Part shown: positions 1-11,559 of the stretch, piece after piece | Numbering within the stretch: the stretch's first letter is position 1 | How the letters are laid out: each line of letters opens with the position of its first letter | NCBI RefSeq assembly: GCF_035594765.1 | Contig: NC_085846.1 | Span: 13,999,190-14,063,189 of the forward strand | Source of the DNA: Anolis carolinensis | Taxonomy: Eukaryota | DNA: 64,000 nt | Direction of reading: 5' to 3' | Notes under the pieces: model-generated | Database searches by the model: none | Told to the model about the DNA's origin: nothing | What the model saw: the letters and a program-made list of their open reading frames with translations, nothing else | Program-made: the position numbers and the translations under genes

Positions 1-689
1 ACTATATTCCAGATGAAGAACCTGGCAAAACCACCTCTGAGTAACCTTCATATTAAATTTATGGGGAGTTAATAAACCAATAAGTGACACACAAAGAAAG
101 AAAAGCTGCCTCGGTGTCTCCAGAGGGCAGTAGTGGGCTTGAAACCAATGATTTGCAGTGACTAAACCCAAATTTTCATCAGCATCTGGAGTGAAGGAAG
201 TTTCAGCTGTTGGATTTTTGCCTTTCCTATAGCTTTATAAGTCTACATATCCAATCTAATTTCTGTGTGTTTGCGACACTAATGCCTGACAAAGAGATTG
301 CATTTGGGATGTAGGTGAATTGTATGTACTTCATACAATCCACCTTCACAAGAACCCTTTAAAATAGACAGAAATTAGTCTGTAGGTCTAGGATTACTTA
401 TCTTTTTTTATTTTTCTTGAGTGTGGAAGCAGTTTTCCCTCAATGGTATTTCATATCCTCTAATATTTCCTAGATGAAATGGGGATATGCGGCCAAGGAA
501 ATCGGACTCAGCCAGAAGGATGCTGCAGTCAAGTCTATTATTGGCATCTGTTCAGACGCTTGGTACTTTTGGGGAAATTACTATACATTAACTTTAATAT
601 ATAAATGAAAATATAAAAAGTCTTGATATATGTTTGTTTGTGCATATATATATATATATATATGGAGAGAGAGAGAGAGGGAGGGAGAG

Positions 690-1000
690 AGTCATCACGA
701 ACGGCAATCACTCGCAGCCAAGTATGATCATAAATGACAGTGAAGACCCATTTTGGATCTGCATGGTCTTGGACATAGATTTCCAGATAGAAGGCAGTCA
801 TGACAGGGGTTTGCTTGATGCGCCTTCCCCTTGGCATATTTCTCTCTTTCACCCTCCGTTCGTGCCTCTTCAAAATCCATAACACTGTTGATAACAGTTG
901 ACCACCACTTACAAAGCGTGAATGCCAGGGCTTCCTAGTTCTTGGTGTTTATTCCATATTTTTAAAGGTTAACTTCAAGTCCATCTTTAAAGAGTAAGAC
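690..1000 (-). mobile_element. Degenerate RTE-clade LINE 3' fragment
   Basis: Reverse complement resembles the 3' end of the RTE copy at ~43600-43930; boundaries approximate. Confidence 0.5.
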
Positions 1001-2998
1001 AAAGTTTAAGTACAATTGTGCTTGCAATATTCAATTATAGCTGGCTCCATAGAACCTAGAAAGAGGTACTATCGACAGAAATGCAAGATGGGTGATAACT
1101 ACCTTAGCAAATATAAAAGTACATGTAAAAAAGATATATGGAAATTGGTTGTAAGTATCGAATTACTATTTTCACCTGCAAGGAAGTAACTCAAAAGATT
1201 ATTGCATTTCTATTTTAATGCCCAGATTAAAATTTCAGTTTTTTCCAAAGTTATCCAAAGACATGACTTTTCCAAATACTTTCCTATATATTACAGTTCT
1301 CACACATTCCTCCTGCTGGATTATGCTGATGAAAGGATTTTTGAATTTTTAAACTAAAAGGTAACTTTTCCAGACTCTGTACTTGACTAACCGCCATGTA
1401 AACCCAGTCACAATCCTCTGACTAGCATTCACTTTGCTTCTTTTTGCCAACTTGTATTAAAAAAAGGAATTTTATATTGTCTGAGTTTCAGAAAAATCTT
1501 TAAACTTGGAAATGACTATTTGGAGGAAAATATGTTGTGGTTTCTATGCAGAAGTGAGTGTGATCTCCAAGTTTTTTTTTTCTGACGGGAAATTAAAGTT
1601 GAAGCACCCCTCCATCCCTTTGAACTGTGGAAAATTCCAGGAAAGTGAAATATATATTTATGCATGTGTATATATATCTGGTGGTTTTGTTTCTAAAGGA
1701 TTTCCAGTGAACCTCAACAGCAAAGCAGATCAAAGCCTTTAAGATGGCACCTTAAAGACTAACCAATTTATTGCAGTGTGAGTTTTTATAAGTGAGGAAT
1801 TACTTCATCTGGACCCTGAGGTTGCCGAGAAAGGTATTTCAGTCCAGATGGTTGTGTTGATCCTTTTACAACACAATTCACAAAGGAAAAGTATTAATAA
1901 ATGGCTCCAAGAAAAACAGCTGTGGCCAATAGAGGAGCCAGGGCAGCACAAAGATGGACAGGTTACTTTTTGGACTGGAACTTCTCAAATTTCCAGAAAG
2001 TTTAGCCAGTAGATTTTGGGAGTTGTAGTTAGGTAAAGTAATTGTCAAATCCTTGGAAATGCATCAGATCAAACTGTCTCTATGTATATGTACCTTATTT
2101 ACCTGGTGGCAAAACTGGCTGGGGGGATTCTGGAAACTGTAGTCCAAAATGTAATTTTCCCAGGCAATATTTCAATCAGCAGCCCACCAGATATTGTTGG
2201 ATTGTAGCCAGTAATGAGGAATGCTGGGATATGTAGTACGATAATGTGGAGAGTGCCAAACTATGGTTTAATATACTAACATCCCTTTTTTTACATGTTA
2301 GTATCTGATTAATACACGAATCAGTTCCTGAATGTGTGTAAGAGCAAAATATAGCTAAGGGTTGTATTTTTTTTTCATGAAACAACTAATAAGACTTCCA
2401 ATATGTCTTGAAACAGGCAAGTAATAATGTGAGATACAAGTGGCAGCAGGAGCAAAACTACTCCTATTTCCATGACAATGAAGCACAGCAATGTTGACAC
2501 AAAGAATATGTTGGAAATAGCAAGCTTCGCAAGCCTCCTATATTAGTTATTTGTTATGTATATATGTATATATTGGTATGATTTTTTTCCTTAACTCTAT
2601 GTTGTTTGAGATTGTGGGAGGGACTACAAATTATGCAACCAGATCAAGGACTACTACGACTGAGACTCCATTTTAGAAGTCAGTATAGTTGAGTATAGTA
2701 TGGAGTCAGTATGCATCAGTTAGTCAGTACAGTATATAGTTGAGTTGAGTATGCTGCAGAAGTCAGTCAGTATGCATTAGAAGTTAGTTAAGAACAGTAT
2801 GCATCAGAAGAGAGTGTTAATCTGTATGCAACAGAGAAGAGACTGAAACAATGCTTAAAGAACAAACTGTTTAAACTTTGAACCAATAAGCAATGTAATT
2901 GTATGCAGAATACATAAAGTTTTGTAAGTAAATCAACTATCTTAACTTTAAACAAAGTCTCTTGAGAGCATGATATATAAATAGAAGCAATATATTTA

Positions 2999-3071
2999 TA
3001 GATAGAAGCAATATATTTATTGGAAAGTAGATATTTTTGGGGCAACTGAAATAACACGTCTGAAGATCTTT

Positions 3072-3107
<36 letters not shown>

Positions 3108-3184
3108 ATATATCAGATCTTCAGACGTGTTATTTCAGTTGCCCCAAAAAATCTACTTTCCAATAAATATATTGCTTCTATCTA
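2999..3184. repeat. ~70-bp inverted repeat enclosing a (CA)n microsatellite
   Basis: 2999-3069 is the reverse complement of 3115-3184 apart from one indel; (CA)n at ~3075-3102; (TCTG)n follows. Confidence 0.85.
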
Positions 3185-3195
3185 TCATCTATCTA

Positions 3196-3236
<41 letters not shown>

Positions 3237-4431
3237 AATGCATTGGCATATCTTTGTTCCTAATACTTCAAAGAGAAAACCAGGGATATCAATCTAACAA
3301 CTGAGAAACCTAAATTGCCTTGCATGGATACTAGTGGATATTATTTTCCAGTACGGAGAAGATCGACTCAAGCGAGTTTTTAACTCTTCTCAGGAAGATC
3401 ATACTTTACAAAAAGGTTATGATTATTACAAATAGTGTGAATGCCAACTGATCTCCAAAAAGAGTCACGCTTCCAAATGGCTATGGAGATTCTGGCTTTC
3501 CAAACGGTTATAATCTCTAACAAGCCATGCTTTTCCAAAAGAATAATGGTGAAATCTTGACACAGCAATACGGTAATTGTCATGATCACTCACTCATGCC
3601 ATCGAACTATCAGCCCTGGCATAGAACCCATGGCCTTTGGCCAAAAGCTGCAAGGACATACGAAAGGGCCATGAAAGTCAATTGCCTCGAGGTGGGAGAA
3701 GGTGGGCTCTGGTATGTGGGAAAGGTGCCAGGACCTTTGGGTGATTTATGATGATGTAGCTTAGACCCTATATATATGGGCAGGATTGAAAGGTTCTTGC
3801 ATTTCGAACATTAAGTGTGTGGTAACTTTAGCTGCTGTGCGTCTTGGCATATTCTTTCCAGTGAAGGCTAAACCCATAGCAACACAGTTGGAGCAAAGAA
3901 TCCTGACAGTAATATACAGGAAAAGTATAAACTATGGATGAATATGTACATGACCATACATTGAACAAGATTTCCTTTTGAAGTCACATAAAGACGTAAA
4001 CAAGCAAGAAACACTTTTCAGAATGTAGCAGTTTATTACCAGTCTGTTTCTTTGTGGGGGGAAATACATTATATCCAACCAAGCAAATTATAACAATAAG
4101 AATACTAGCTTATTTATTTATATCTCTCTTTCCTCTCCTAAAGGAGACTCAAAGCAGCTTATAAATGCATGTAGAAACTAAGGCTGGGGAGTTACAATCA
4201 GAAACAATTTTGGATGGAAAGGTCCTGATTCTGGTTTTGTCTTCGGAAGAAAGTGCCTAATTTGCTGCAGATTTATAGAAAAGTTTTCATTTGTTCAGAA
4301 ATTTTAATCAAATGTTGAGAGTCAACACGGAGTAGTGGTCTGAGCATTGGATTTGACATTGGAGACCAGAGTTTGAATCCTTGCTCTGCCATGGAAACCA
4401 CTGGGTGACATAATGAAGAATACTTCATGAC

Positions 4432-4745
4432 TTGGTTACTGTGAGTTTTCCGGGCTGTCTGGCCATGTTCCAGAAGCATTCTCTCCTGACATTTCGCCCA
4501 CATCTATGGCAGGCATCCTCAGAGGTTGTGAGATCTGTTGGAAACTAAACAAGTGGGGTTTATATATCTGGAATGTCCAGGGTGGGAGAAATAACTCTTG
4601 TCTGTTTGAGGCAAGTGTGGATGTTGCAATTTGCCAGCTTGATTAGCATTGAAAAACCTTGCAGCTTCAAAGCCTGGCTGATTCTCTGCCTGGGGGGCTC
4701 CTTTGTTGGAAGGTGTTCGCTGGCCCTGATTGTGTCTTGTCTGGA
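4432..4745 (-). mobile_element. Penelope-like element (PLE) terminal fragment with hammerhead motif at 4481-4532
   Basis: Same sequence family as the GIY-YIG-linked copy at 50245-51430; minus strand CTGAGGA..stem..GAAATGTC. Confidence 0.8.
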
Positions 4746-5295
4746 CCTTCCATCTGTAAGCACTTGATCTTCAGGCTGACGTGTCTAACCATGTCTTTGT
4801 CCATAAAGATAATTGGCATGTTATAGTTTAGAGAAGGGCAAGCAGAAGGTTTGAATGTGTCGAAAGAGTCCAATATTTTGATCTTCAGCCGGTCATATTT
4901 CCAAGACAGCCACTGTCAAACAAAGACACAAACAAAAACTTGAGGTAGTTCAAATAACTCTTCTTGAATCTATAGCTCTAGGAATTCAAAATATGGTGTT
5001 TGGGAAGATTGGAACGTACGTAGACTTGCAATGATTCAAAGAGTTTCCTTCACATGATTTGTCTCCGGACAAGCCATTTGGTTTCTGCAGAATTAACAGT
5101 GAATAAAAAGAAGATGGAGCCGTGGAAAGGTATTAATTAAAATAAGGGGGAAAAGGAAGGACATGGTGTGAAGGAAATATTAGACAGGATGGCAAGGTTG
5201 GCACTACCATGAATGGATTGCAAAATCCCAAATGCACATTAGTAAGTCAATCCAAAGGTGCAATTATATAGGCCAAGCTGCTGTTGCCTATAGAA

Positions 5296-5480
5296 CAGAC
5301 ATGGGTCAACTTCGTCTCTCCAGGTGTTTTGGACTCCAACTCCCACAATTCCTAACAGCCTCAGGCCCTTTCCTTTTCCGCTTAAGCGGCTGAGGGGGAA
5401 AAGGAAGGGGCCTGAGGCTGTTAGGAATTGTGGGAGTTGGAGTCCAAAACATCTGGAAGGACCAAGTTGGCCCATGTCTG
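5296..5480. mobile_element. Palindromic hAT-like MITE (CAGRCATGGG TIR family)
   Basis: Long terminal inverted arms; homologous to 17498, 25785, 28882, 60010. Confidence 0.8.
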
Positions 5481-6227
5481 GGCTACAGCAAAAAGGAATA
5501 TATATACCTGCTTTTTCTGTAATTTTGTAACACTCAAACAAGGAATTTTATTTAATTTTTTATCCCCCAAAATTTAGAATTTAATTTTCCATGCTGTACA
5601 TTCCCCTCCTCAAAGGGAAAAAAACCCTTCACAAAACATCTTAAAATTAAATTAATACGAATGCAATTTAATTAAAAATTCTCCAATTTTTAACACAAAA
5701 GAAGATTTTAAAATCTCTTAGGAGTTTCATAAATATTGCTTTAAAAATGCTGGACTGGATTATCCTCTGATTATCTACATAAACTTTCTATACTTCCATC
5801 AATTTTCAATCCATTTATTCTAAGCCTAGCAAAAATCCTATAGTCAGCTAGAGTCCCGTAGAGTTCGATAGATCTAAAAATGACTCAATCTGGTTGCTAT
5901 GCGTAGTCTCTCTTTCCTATTATGACAGCCCTAATAAACCATTTGTTAATATTCTCTTACACTAAATGCAATTATAGTTACAGCGTAAGAGATAAAAAGG
6001 TATATATACATAGACACATTTTAGAATAGCTGTAAGTTAGCATATCTCCCTGCCACTCCTGTGTATTTTGTTCTTAAAATGATACCTTCTGCATTTTCTA
6101 GGCCTGATATCAAAGAAATAGATATTCAATTTTAGAAATTTATTTGTCCTGATTCAATTTTTTTTGTGCTGATAAGGAATTGTATTTAAATATGTATATT
6201 GAAATCTTCATAAACAGTAGACTCTCA

Positions 6228-6530
6228 GGGTTGCTGTGAATTTTCCAGGGTGTCTGGCCATGTTCCAGAAGCATTCTCTCCTGACATTTCAGCCTCATCT
6301 ATGGCAGGCATCCTCAGAGGTTGTGAGATGTATTGGAAACTAAGGAAGTGGGATTTATATATCTGGAAAAGCCTGTTTGAGGCAAGTGTGAATCCCTCCT
6401 AACAAAGAATTTCCCTAGGCAAGAAGCAGCCAGTCTTTGAAGCTACAAGATTATTCAGTGCTAATCAAGGTGGCCAACTGCAACACTCACACTTGCCTCA
6501 AACAGACAAGAGTATTTTCTCCCATCCTAG
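6228..6530 (-). mobile_element. PLE terminal fragment, partly inverted, degenerate hammerhead
   Basis: Homology to other PLE termini in window. Confidence 0.7.
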
Positions 6531-6651
6531 ACTGTGTGAGAAGGCCCTGAGAGTCTACTGTATCTTTTGTCTTGCAGCCCACCACCCTCACCACCCTCTT
6601 TTCTCTGTCCCTTCCACTACTTATCAAACTTCAGGACTTATGGATAGGGAA

Positions 6652-6917
6652 GGAGCCCCCGATGGCGTAGTGGACTAAAGCTTCGTGACTTGAAGGTTGG
6701 GTTGCTGACCTGAAAGCTGCCAGGTTCGATTCCCATCCGGGGAGAGTGCAGATGAGCTCCCTCTATCAGCTCCAGCTCCATGCAGGGACATGAGAGAAGC
6801 CTCCCACAAGGACGGTAAAACATCAAAACATCCAGGCGTCCCCTGGGCAACGTCCTTGCAGACGGCCAATTCTCTCACTCCAGAAGCAACTCAAGTTGCT
6901 CCTGACATGAAAAAAAA
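6652..6917 (+). mobile_element. tRNA-derived SINE (Anolis SINE2-like, Vingi-type tail)
   Basis: A/B boxes (TGGCGTAGTGG, GGTTCGATTCC), ends CCTGACATG-polyA, near-perfect TSD ATGGA(T/A)AGGGAAG. Confidence 0.8.
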
Positions 6918-7772
6918 TGGAAAGGGAAGCAGTAAAACCAAAATATTGCAATCTATGGCTTTCTGTACCTCTGCTATAGAATTTAGCAGACAACGGGGTT
7001 CTTCTGAGGAAAGAGTGGAAATACCCCATCGATAAAATACCAACCCTCTTCCATATACAAATTGTTTCTTTTTCCAGAAGCACGAGGAAACTGGACCGGA
7101 GAAAACCTTTTGTGGAAATTATTAAATTGCTCACCAGGATGACCCTGATGATAAGACAGTGGTGACTGGGAGAAATTAAACTAATTCTTAACTTTTGATC
7201 AGCAACAAAGACTATTTTAAACAAAATCTGTTTTTTAGGATTCAATTGGCTTTGCAGATGGTAGAGCCCAATCCATGCTAAAGCCATATAAAGGAGGCAA
7301 TGGTAACATATAAGGGATTGCTAAGGGAAGCAATCAGTTTGTAAATAAGTATATGTGTATTGCTTCACATATAAATGGCAATTCAGTTTTCAAATGCAGA
7401 AGTATTTCTGGTCACTTTCCTTTTTAAACTATGTTATTTACAACAGAGGGGCAGATTTTTGGTTGGGTTTTTGTCCCTGCTTCTCAAGAGTTGCAACACA
7501 GAAAATTGTGTAGCCTGAGACCTGTTGAAAATACTGCTTCCTTGTTTAATTCATTATTGCCCATTTCTAGTCATTGCAAATAATTTAAAATGATTTAGCA
7601 AATTAACAAATTGGTCCAGAAACAAATTGATATTCTTTACATTAGAATTTTGTACTTATATTTTTAATTTTAGCTAAGTCATTTTTTAAGGATCGATGTT
7701 CCCATGTTGTTGCTGATCAATTTCTAAGAAGCCCAAGAAATCAAGGATTCTGATGATGATGATAACAAGGTC

Positions 7773-7773
<1 letters not shown>

Positions 7774-7820
<47 letters not shown>

Positions 7821-7957
7821 CATTATGACACAGCAAACAAGATAGATATGCTGGATTTCATATCACAAAATCACAAGTTGAACACTTCCCAAGTGTCTAG
7901 GACTGTGTGATGTATTTTCGGATGATGTGTGCAGATCCCAGCAGGGTGACCTTTTGC
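7774..7957 (-). mobile_element. R4/Dong-clade LINE 3' end in (TAA)n
   Basis: Minus frame QKVTLLGSAHIIRKY resembles the R4-clade C-terminus; followed by (TAA)n tail; cut by gap. Confidence 0.6.
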
Positions 7958-8103
7958 NNNNNNNNNNNNNNNNNNNNNNNNNNNNNNNNNNNNNNNNNNN
8001 NNNNNNNNNNNNNNNNNNNNNNNNNNNNNNNNNNNNNNNNNNNNNNNNNNNNNNNNNNNNNNNNNNNNNNNNNNNNNNNNNNNNNNNNNNNNNNNNNNNN
8101 NNN
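7958..8103. other. Assembly gap (146 N)
   Basis: Run of N. Confidence 1.
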
Positions 8104-8280
8104 GAATTTGGAATTAGCAACACCCCGAAGGAGGTCCCTACCCTTGATGATAGTGATCCAAAGGAGTTCTGTATCCAATTTTTGCCCTCGACAATGTGCC
8201 TTAACCCACAATATGCAGCACACGGATCAATACCCATCCCAGACCCCTTACGCACCACCAATTCCTTACTTATTTTCTGC

Positions 8281-9291
8281 TCAGACATCTTCTCCACCTT
8301 CTCCTGGAGTCCTAGCTCTGCTTTGGAGACATCTCAGGGAAGGATGTGAAGTTCCCCGCTGGCGAGCGCGCAGGTACTCCCGGTAGTTGCGAGTTAATAA
8401 GGTGTAGAGGAAAGGGTTGATGCAGCTGTTGCCGTATGTCAAGCAGGTCACCAAGTGGTTGATGGAGATTTCTGTTTGGACTGGCAAACGGGCAGCCGAT
8501 GGGCAGTAAAGGGGCAGGAGCTGCCAGATCCAGAAGGGCAAATAGCAAGCCCAAAAGGCCAGGACAATGATGAGGATGAGGAGGAAGACACGGTTCTTGG
8601 GAGTGCGGCCCAAGCCACCATGGGTCTGCGACATCCAGTAAGTCCTTGCCAGGCGCCAGTAGAGGGACCCGATGACCACTCCGGGAGCCACGATGCTGGT
8701 ACTGAAAAGGATGCTCAAGTAGAGCCTGTACTGCTCCTCGCTCCAGGTTGGGGAGCAGAGACGCCGAACGATAGCTCCGTCCCCCACCGCACGCTCCTCT
8801 TGGTGGATCATCACCATCATGGGGAGCGTCAAGGCAAAGGACAGGAGCCAGATGGCCACAGCCAGGGGCCGGCGACATCTCCCAGCATGGCTCGCAGCCT
8901 GGAAGGGGTGCGCCACCGCGCTATAGCGTTCGCAGCTCATTAGGGTGAGCAAGAAGATGCTGGCGTGCATGGTGAGGAGGTCCAGGCTGAGCAGGATCCG
9001 GCAGCCCACCTCCCCAAAAGGCCAGTCCTTCACCAGCCCATTGTGGACAATGAAAGGAGCCGTGGAGAGATACAGCAGATCAGCTAGGGCCAGGTTGACC
9101 AAGTGGACGCGCAGCGAGGAGGCCGACGGGGAGGCCCGCACAATGGCCAAGGTGTAGAGGTTCCCAGCCACCCCCGTGGCACACATCAGGCTCAGCACGG
9201 CTCCTAGGGCTGCGGCCGATTCTGCACCCTCCGACAAAGAGGCATTGACTAAGGGCACCCATAGAGAAAGGTTGGTGGCTGATGGCTCCAT
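8281..9291 (-). CDS. Urotensin-II receptor family class A GPCR (UTS2R-like), single-exon CDS, 336 aa
   Basis: 7 TM; GN, LALADL, SLDLLTMHASIF..ERY, CYLPFW, TCLTYGNSCINPFLYTLLTRNYR match UTS2R family; first ATG at 9291 (ORF track start at 9312 is non-ATG); subtype not assignable. Confidence 0.9.
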   Translation of the reverse strand: MEPSATNLSLWVPLVNASLSEGAESAAALGAVLSLMCATGVAGNLYTLAIVRASPSASSLRVHLVNLALADLLYLSTAPFIVHNGLVKDWPFGEVGCRILLSLDLLTMHASIFLLTLMSCERYSAVAHPFQAASHAGRCRRPLAVAIWLLSFALTLPMMVMIHQEERAVGDGAIVRRLCSPTWSEEQYRLYLSILFSTSIVAPGVVIGSLYWRLARTYWMSQTHGGLGRTPKNRVFLLILIIVLAFWACYLPFWIWQLLPLYCPSAARLPVQTEISINHLVTCLTYGNSCINPFLYTLLTRNYREYLRARQRGTSHPSLRCLQSRARTPGEGGEDV

Positions 9292-10079
9292 AGGTCTTCT
9301 CAAGGGTAGCACATCAAGTACAATGTCCTGAGGTCCTTACTGAGCTGAGAAAGACTGACTAAAGAGATATGGTGTTGACTACTACCTTGTCCTGGTACCC
9401 AGGTCCACAGAAGAAGAAGAGAGAAAGAGAGATTGAGAGAGAGAACAGGGTCTTCAAGTTTGCTCATATAAAACAATATGGACGAGTGAGTGGAGAGTAC
9501 ATTCCCCTCACTATTGAGAAAGTACAATTCAAAGGCTCTCGCTAATCATTCAGTCTAATTAACAATTCCTTGACACTCAATCATTGCAAGGGAATTATTG
9601 TTGAGCTGCATGTCTGTCCAAGTCCCTACTCACCATTTAACCTGTTGCTCCGTCTCATTGTTTTCATTCACTCCAACTCATCTTGGTGACCTGGCTTGAG
9701 ATTGTAAATGACGATGACCTGGGCGTTTCCAATCTTCCTTGTGTCTCTTGTAATAGATGAAAAGGGTCACTGCTCCACATTGAACTCTAGAGGTCTTGCT
9801 TATTCTGTTTTCTTGTTCTTTTGCTCCATGTGTTTGAATCTGGTAACGGTGCAAAGAGGAGTCCAGTGTATATGCTTGCGAGCAAAGGATCTGCGTGTGT
9901 CTGTCTGGGACTGCAAATACTCTTCTCTCACATTCCTTGCACCCTGCTAGTGTTGGTATGTCGGGGTCGAACCATGGCCTGGCCCCTCTCAGGGAGCAAA
10001 GCTCTCAGCTCCTGTCCGCACAGAGGAACCTGTTTATCTCATCCCTGGGGTTGGGATTTTGACAGCGTGTCAGCTAAAG

Positions 10080-10140
10080 GGGCTACGGGGCGGGTGATGG
10101 GACAGCGCCCGGGGGTCCGATTGGTCCGGAGATTGGAACA
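10080..10140 (-). promoter_or_regulatory. Candidate promoter of the UTS2R-like gene
   Basis: Two CCAAT boxes on minus strand (ATTGG at ~10120, ~10132) and GGGGCGGG in a local CpG-rich patch ~0.8 kb upstream of ATG. Confidence 0.35.
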
Positions 10141-11294
10141 TTGTCGCCCCCCACTCCCCTCCTTTCTCCCCCCACCAACGTAACCCCAAGCAGACAGACA
10201 GTCCAAGTCTAGCACCCTGCTGGCATAACCATGCAGCTTTCCATGGAATTATGCCAACCGGGAGGGAGGAAAAATAACCAAGAGATACAAAGACAGAAGG
10301 AGACTGTACGGATCAATGGACAAAAGAAACTCATGCAAAAAAGCAGGCACTCATGAGAAAAAGAAAGACAGACAAAAAGAAAAGCATAGAGGCGAACAGA
10401 ATATAGTTGGTTCTTCTATAGACTTATCACAAGTTGTCATTTCTAGCCCTAATTCCAGAAGCAAATAGCGTAAACGTTCCCGATTTTATTCTTAACGGAG
10501 AGTGTACCTACTCACTTCAAGAGGCAAAGGGATGGAGATTCAGGATGGGCCTCCTTTGTCCTTGAGCTGAGGTGCATTCCATGTTTGTACCAACAATAAT
10601 GAAGACCAAATTGGCTCTGAACATGTGGCAAGAAAGTTGCCCTCGTTACTGAGCAAGTATAATCGAAGGACTTCAAGTCCCCATCCAGTTGAATCAGACG
10701 TTCATCAAAACCCAGATAGTTATTCAAAGGGAATTACTGTCTGAAACATAGACATGCAATGATAGAGTGCCCCTCCTTATAATAGGTAACATTTATTCAA
10801 CATACAGTATGCCTAACTGCTATATTTTATTTAGGAAGTTATTTTTCAGTGGGAAAATGGCCTGAGTTGAACATATCAAAAGGCTTCATTTAAAAGAGAA
10901 CCTACACAACTAACCACTATGGAATGTTGGGCTAGGAGTCTACTCAGCCATGGAAATTGTTTTGTTGACCTTGGGGAATCACACTCTCTCAGCCTCAGAG
11001 GAAGGCAATGGCAAAAACTCCCTGAACAAATCTTGCCATGAAAACCCCCTGAATCCTACTCCACCACCCAAACCATTACTACACACTGGACAGTTGTATA
11101 GGTTCTCTTTCCCTGTCTCAAAAATGACTTGAACTCACACACCAACAAATAAATAGAAGTTTTCTAGTCTGTCAGCTATCATTTATGTCTTACTAAATTT
11201 ATGTTGCTCTTGCCAAAGGCAGTGCTTCAAAAAGACCAATGAATGTGACTCATATAAGGGTGGAAATAATTATTCAGCTATCATCAGAAGGGCT

Positions 11295-11559
11295 GAGCCC
11301 CCTGTTGTACAATGGGTTAAACTCTTGTGCCGGCAGGACTGCTGACTGATGGGTCGGTGATTCGAATCCGGAGAGAACGGGTGAGCTCCTCTGTCAGCTC
11401 CAGCACCCCATGCAGAGACATGAGAGAAGCCACCCACAAAAATGGTAAAACATTAAAACATCCAGACATCCCTTGGGCAACATCCTTGCAGACGGCCAAT
11501 TCTTTCACACCAAAAGAGACTTACAGTTTCTCAAGTTGCTCCTGACACGGAAAAAAAAA
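11295..11559 (+). mobile_element. Anolis SINE2-like SINE
   Basis: Homologous to 6652; TSD ATCAGAAG(G/T)GCTG. Confidence 0.75.

Noticed and set aside
2670-2830. Short repeated AGTCAGTATGCA units resembling an array
   Set aside because: Irregular degenerate repeats within an LTR-like tract; no constant repeat-spacer period, eukaryotic context, not CRISPR
6652-6740. tRNA-like A/B boxes
   Set aside because: SINE heads; no cloverleaf, followed by SINE body and tail
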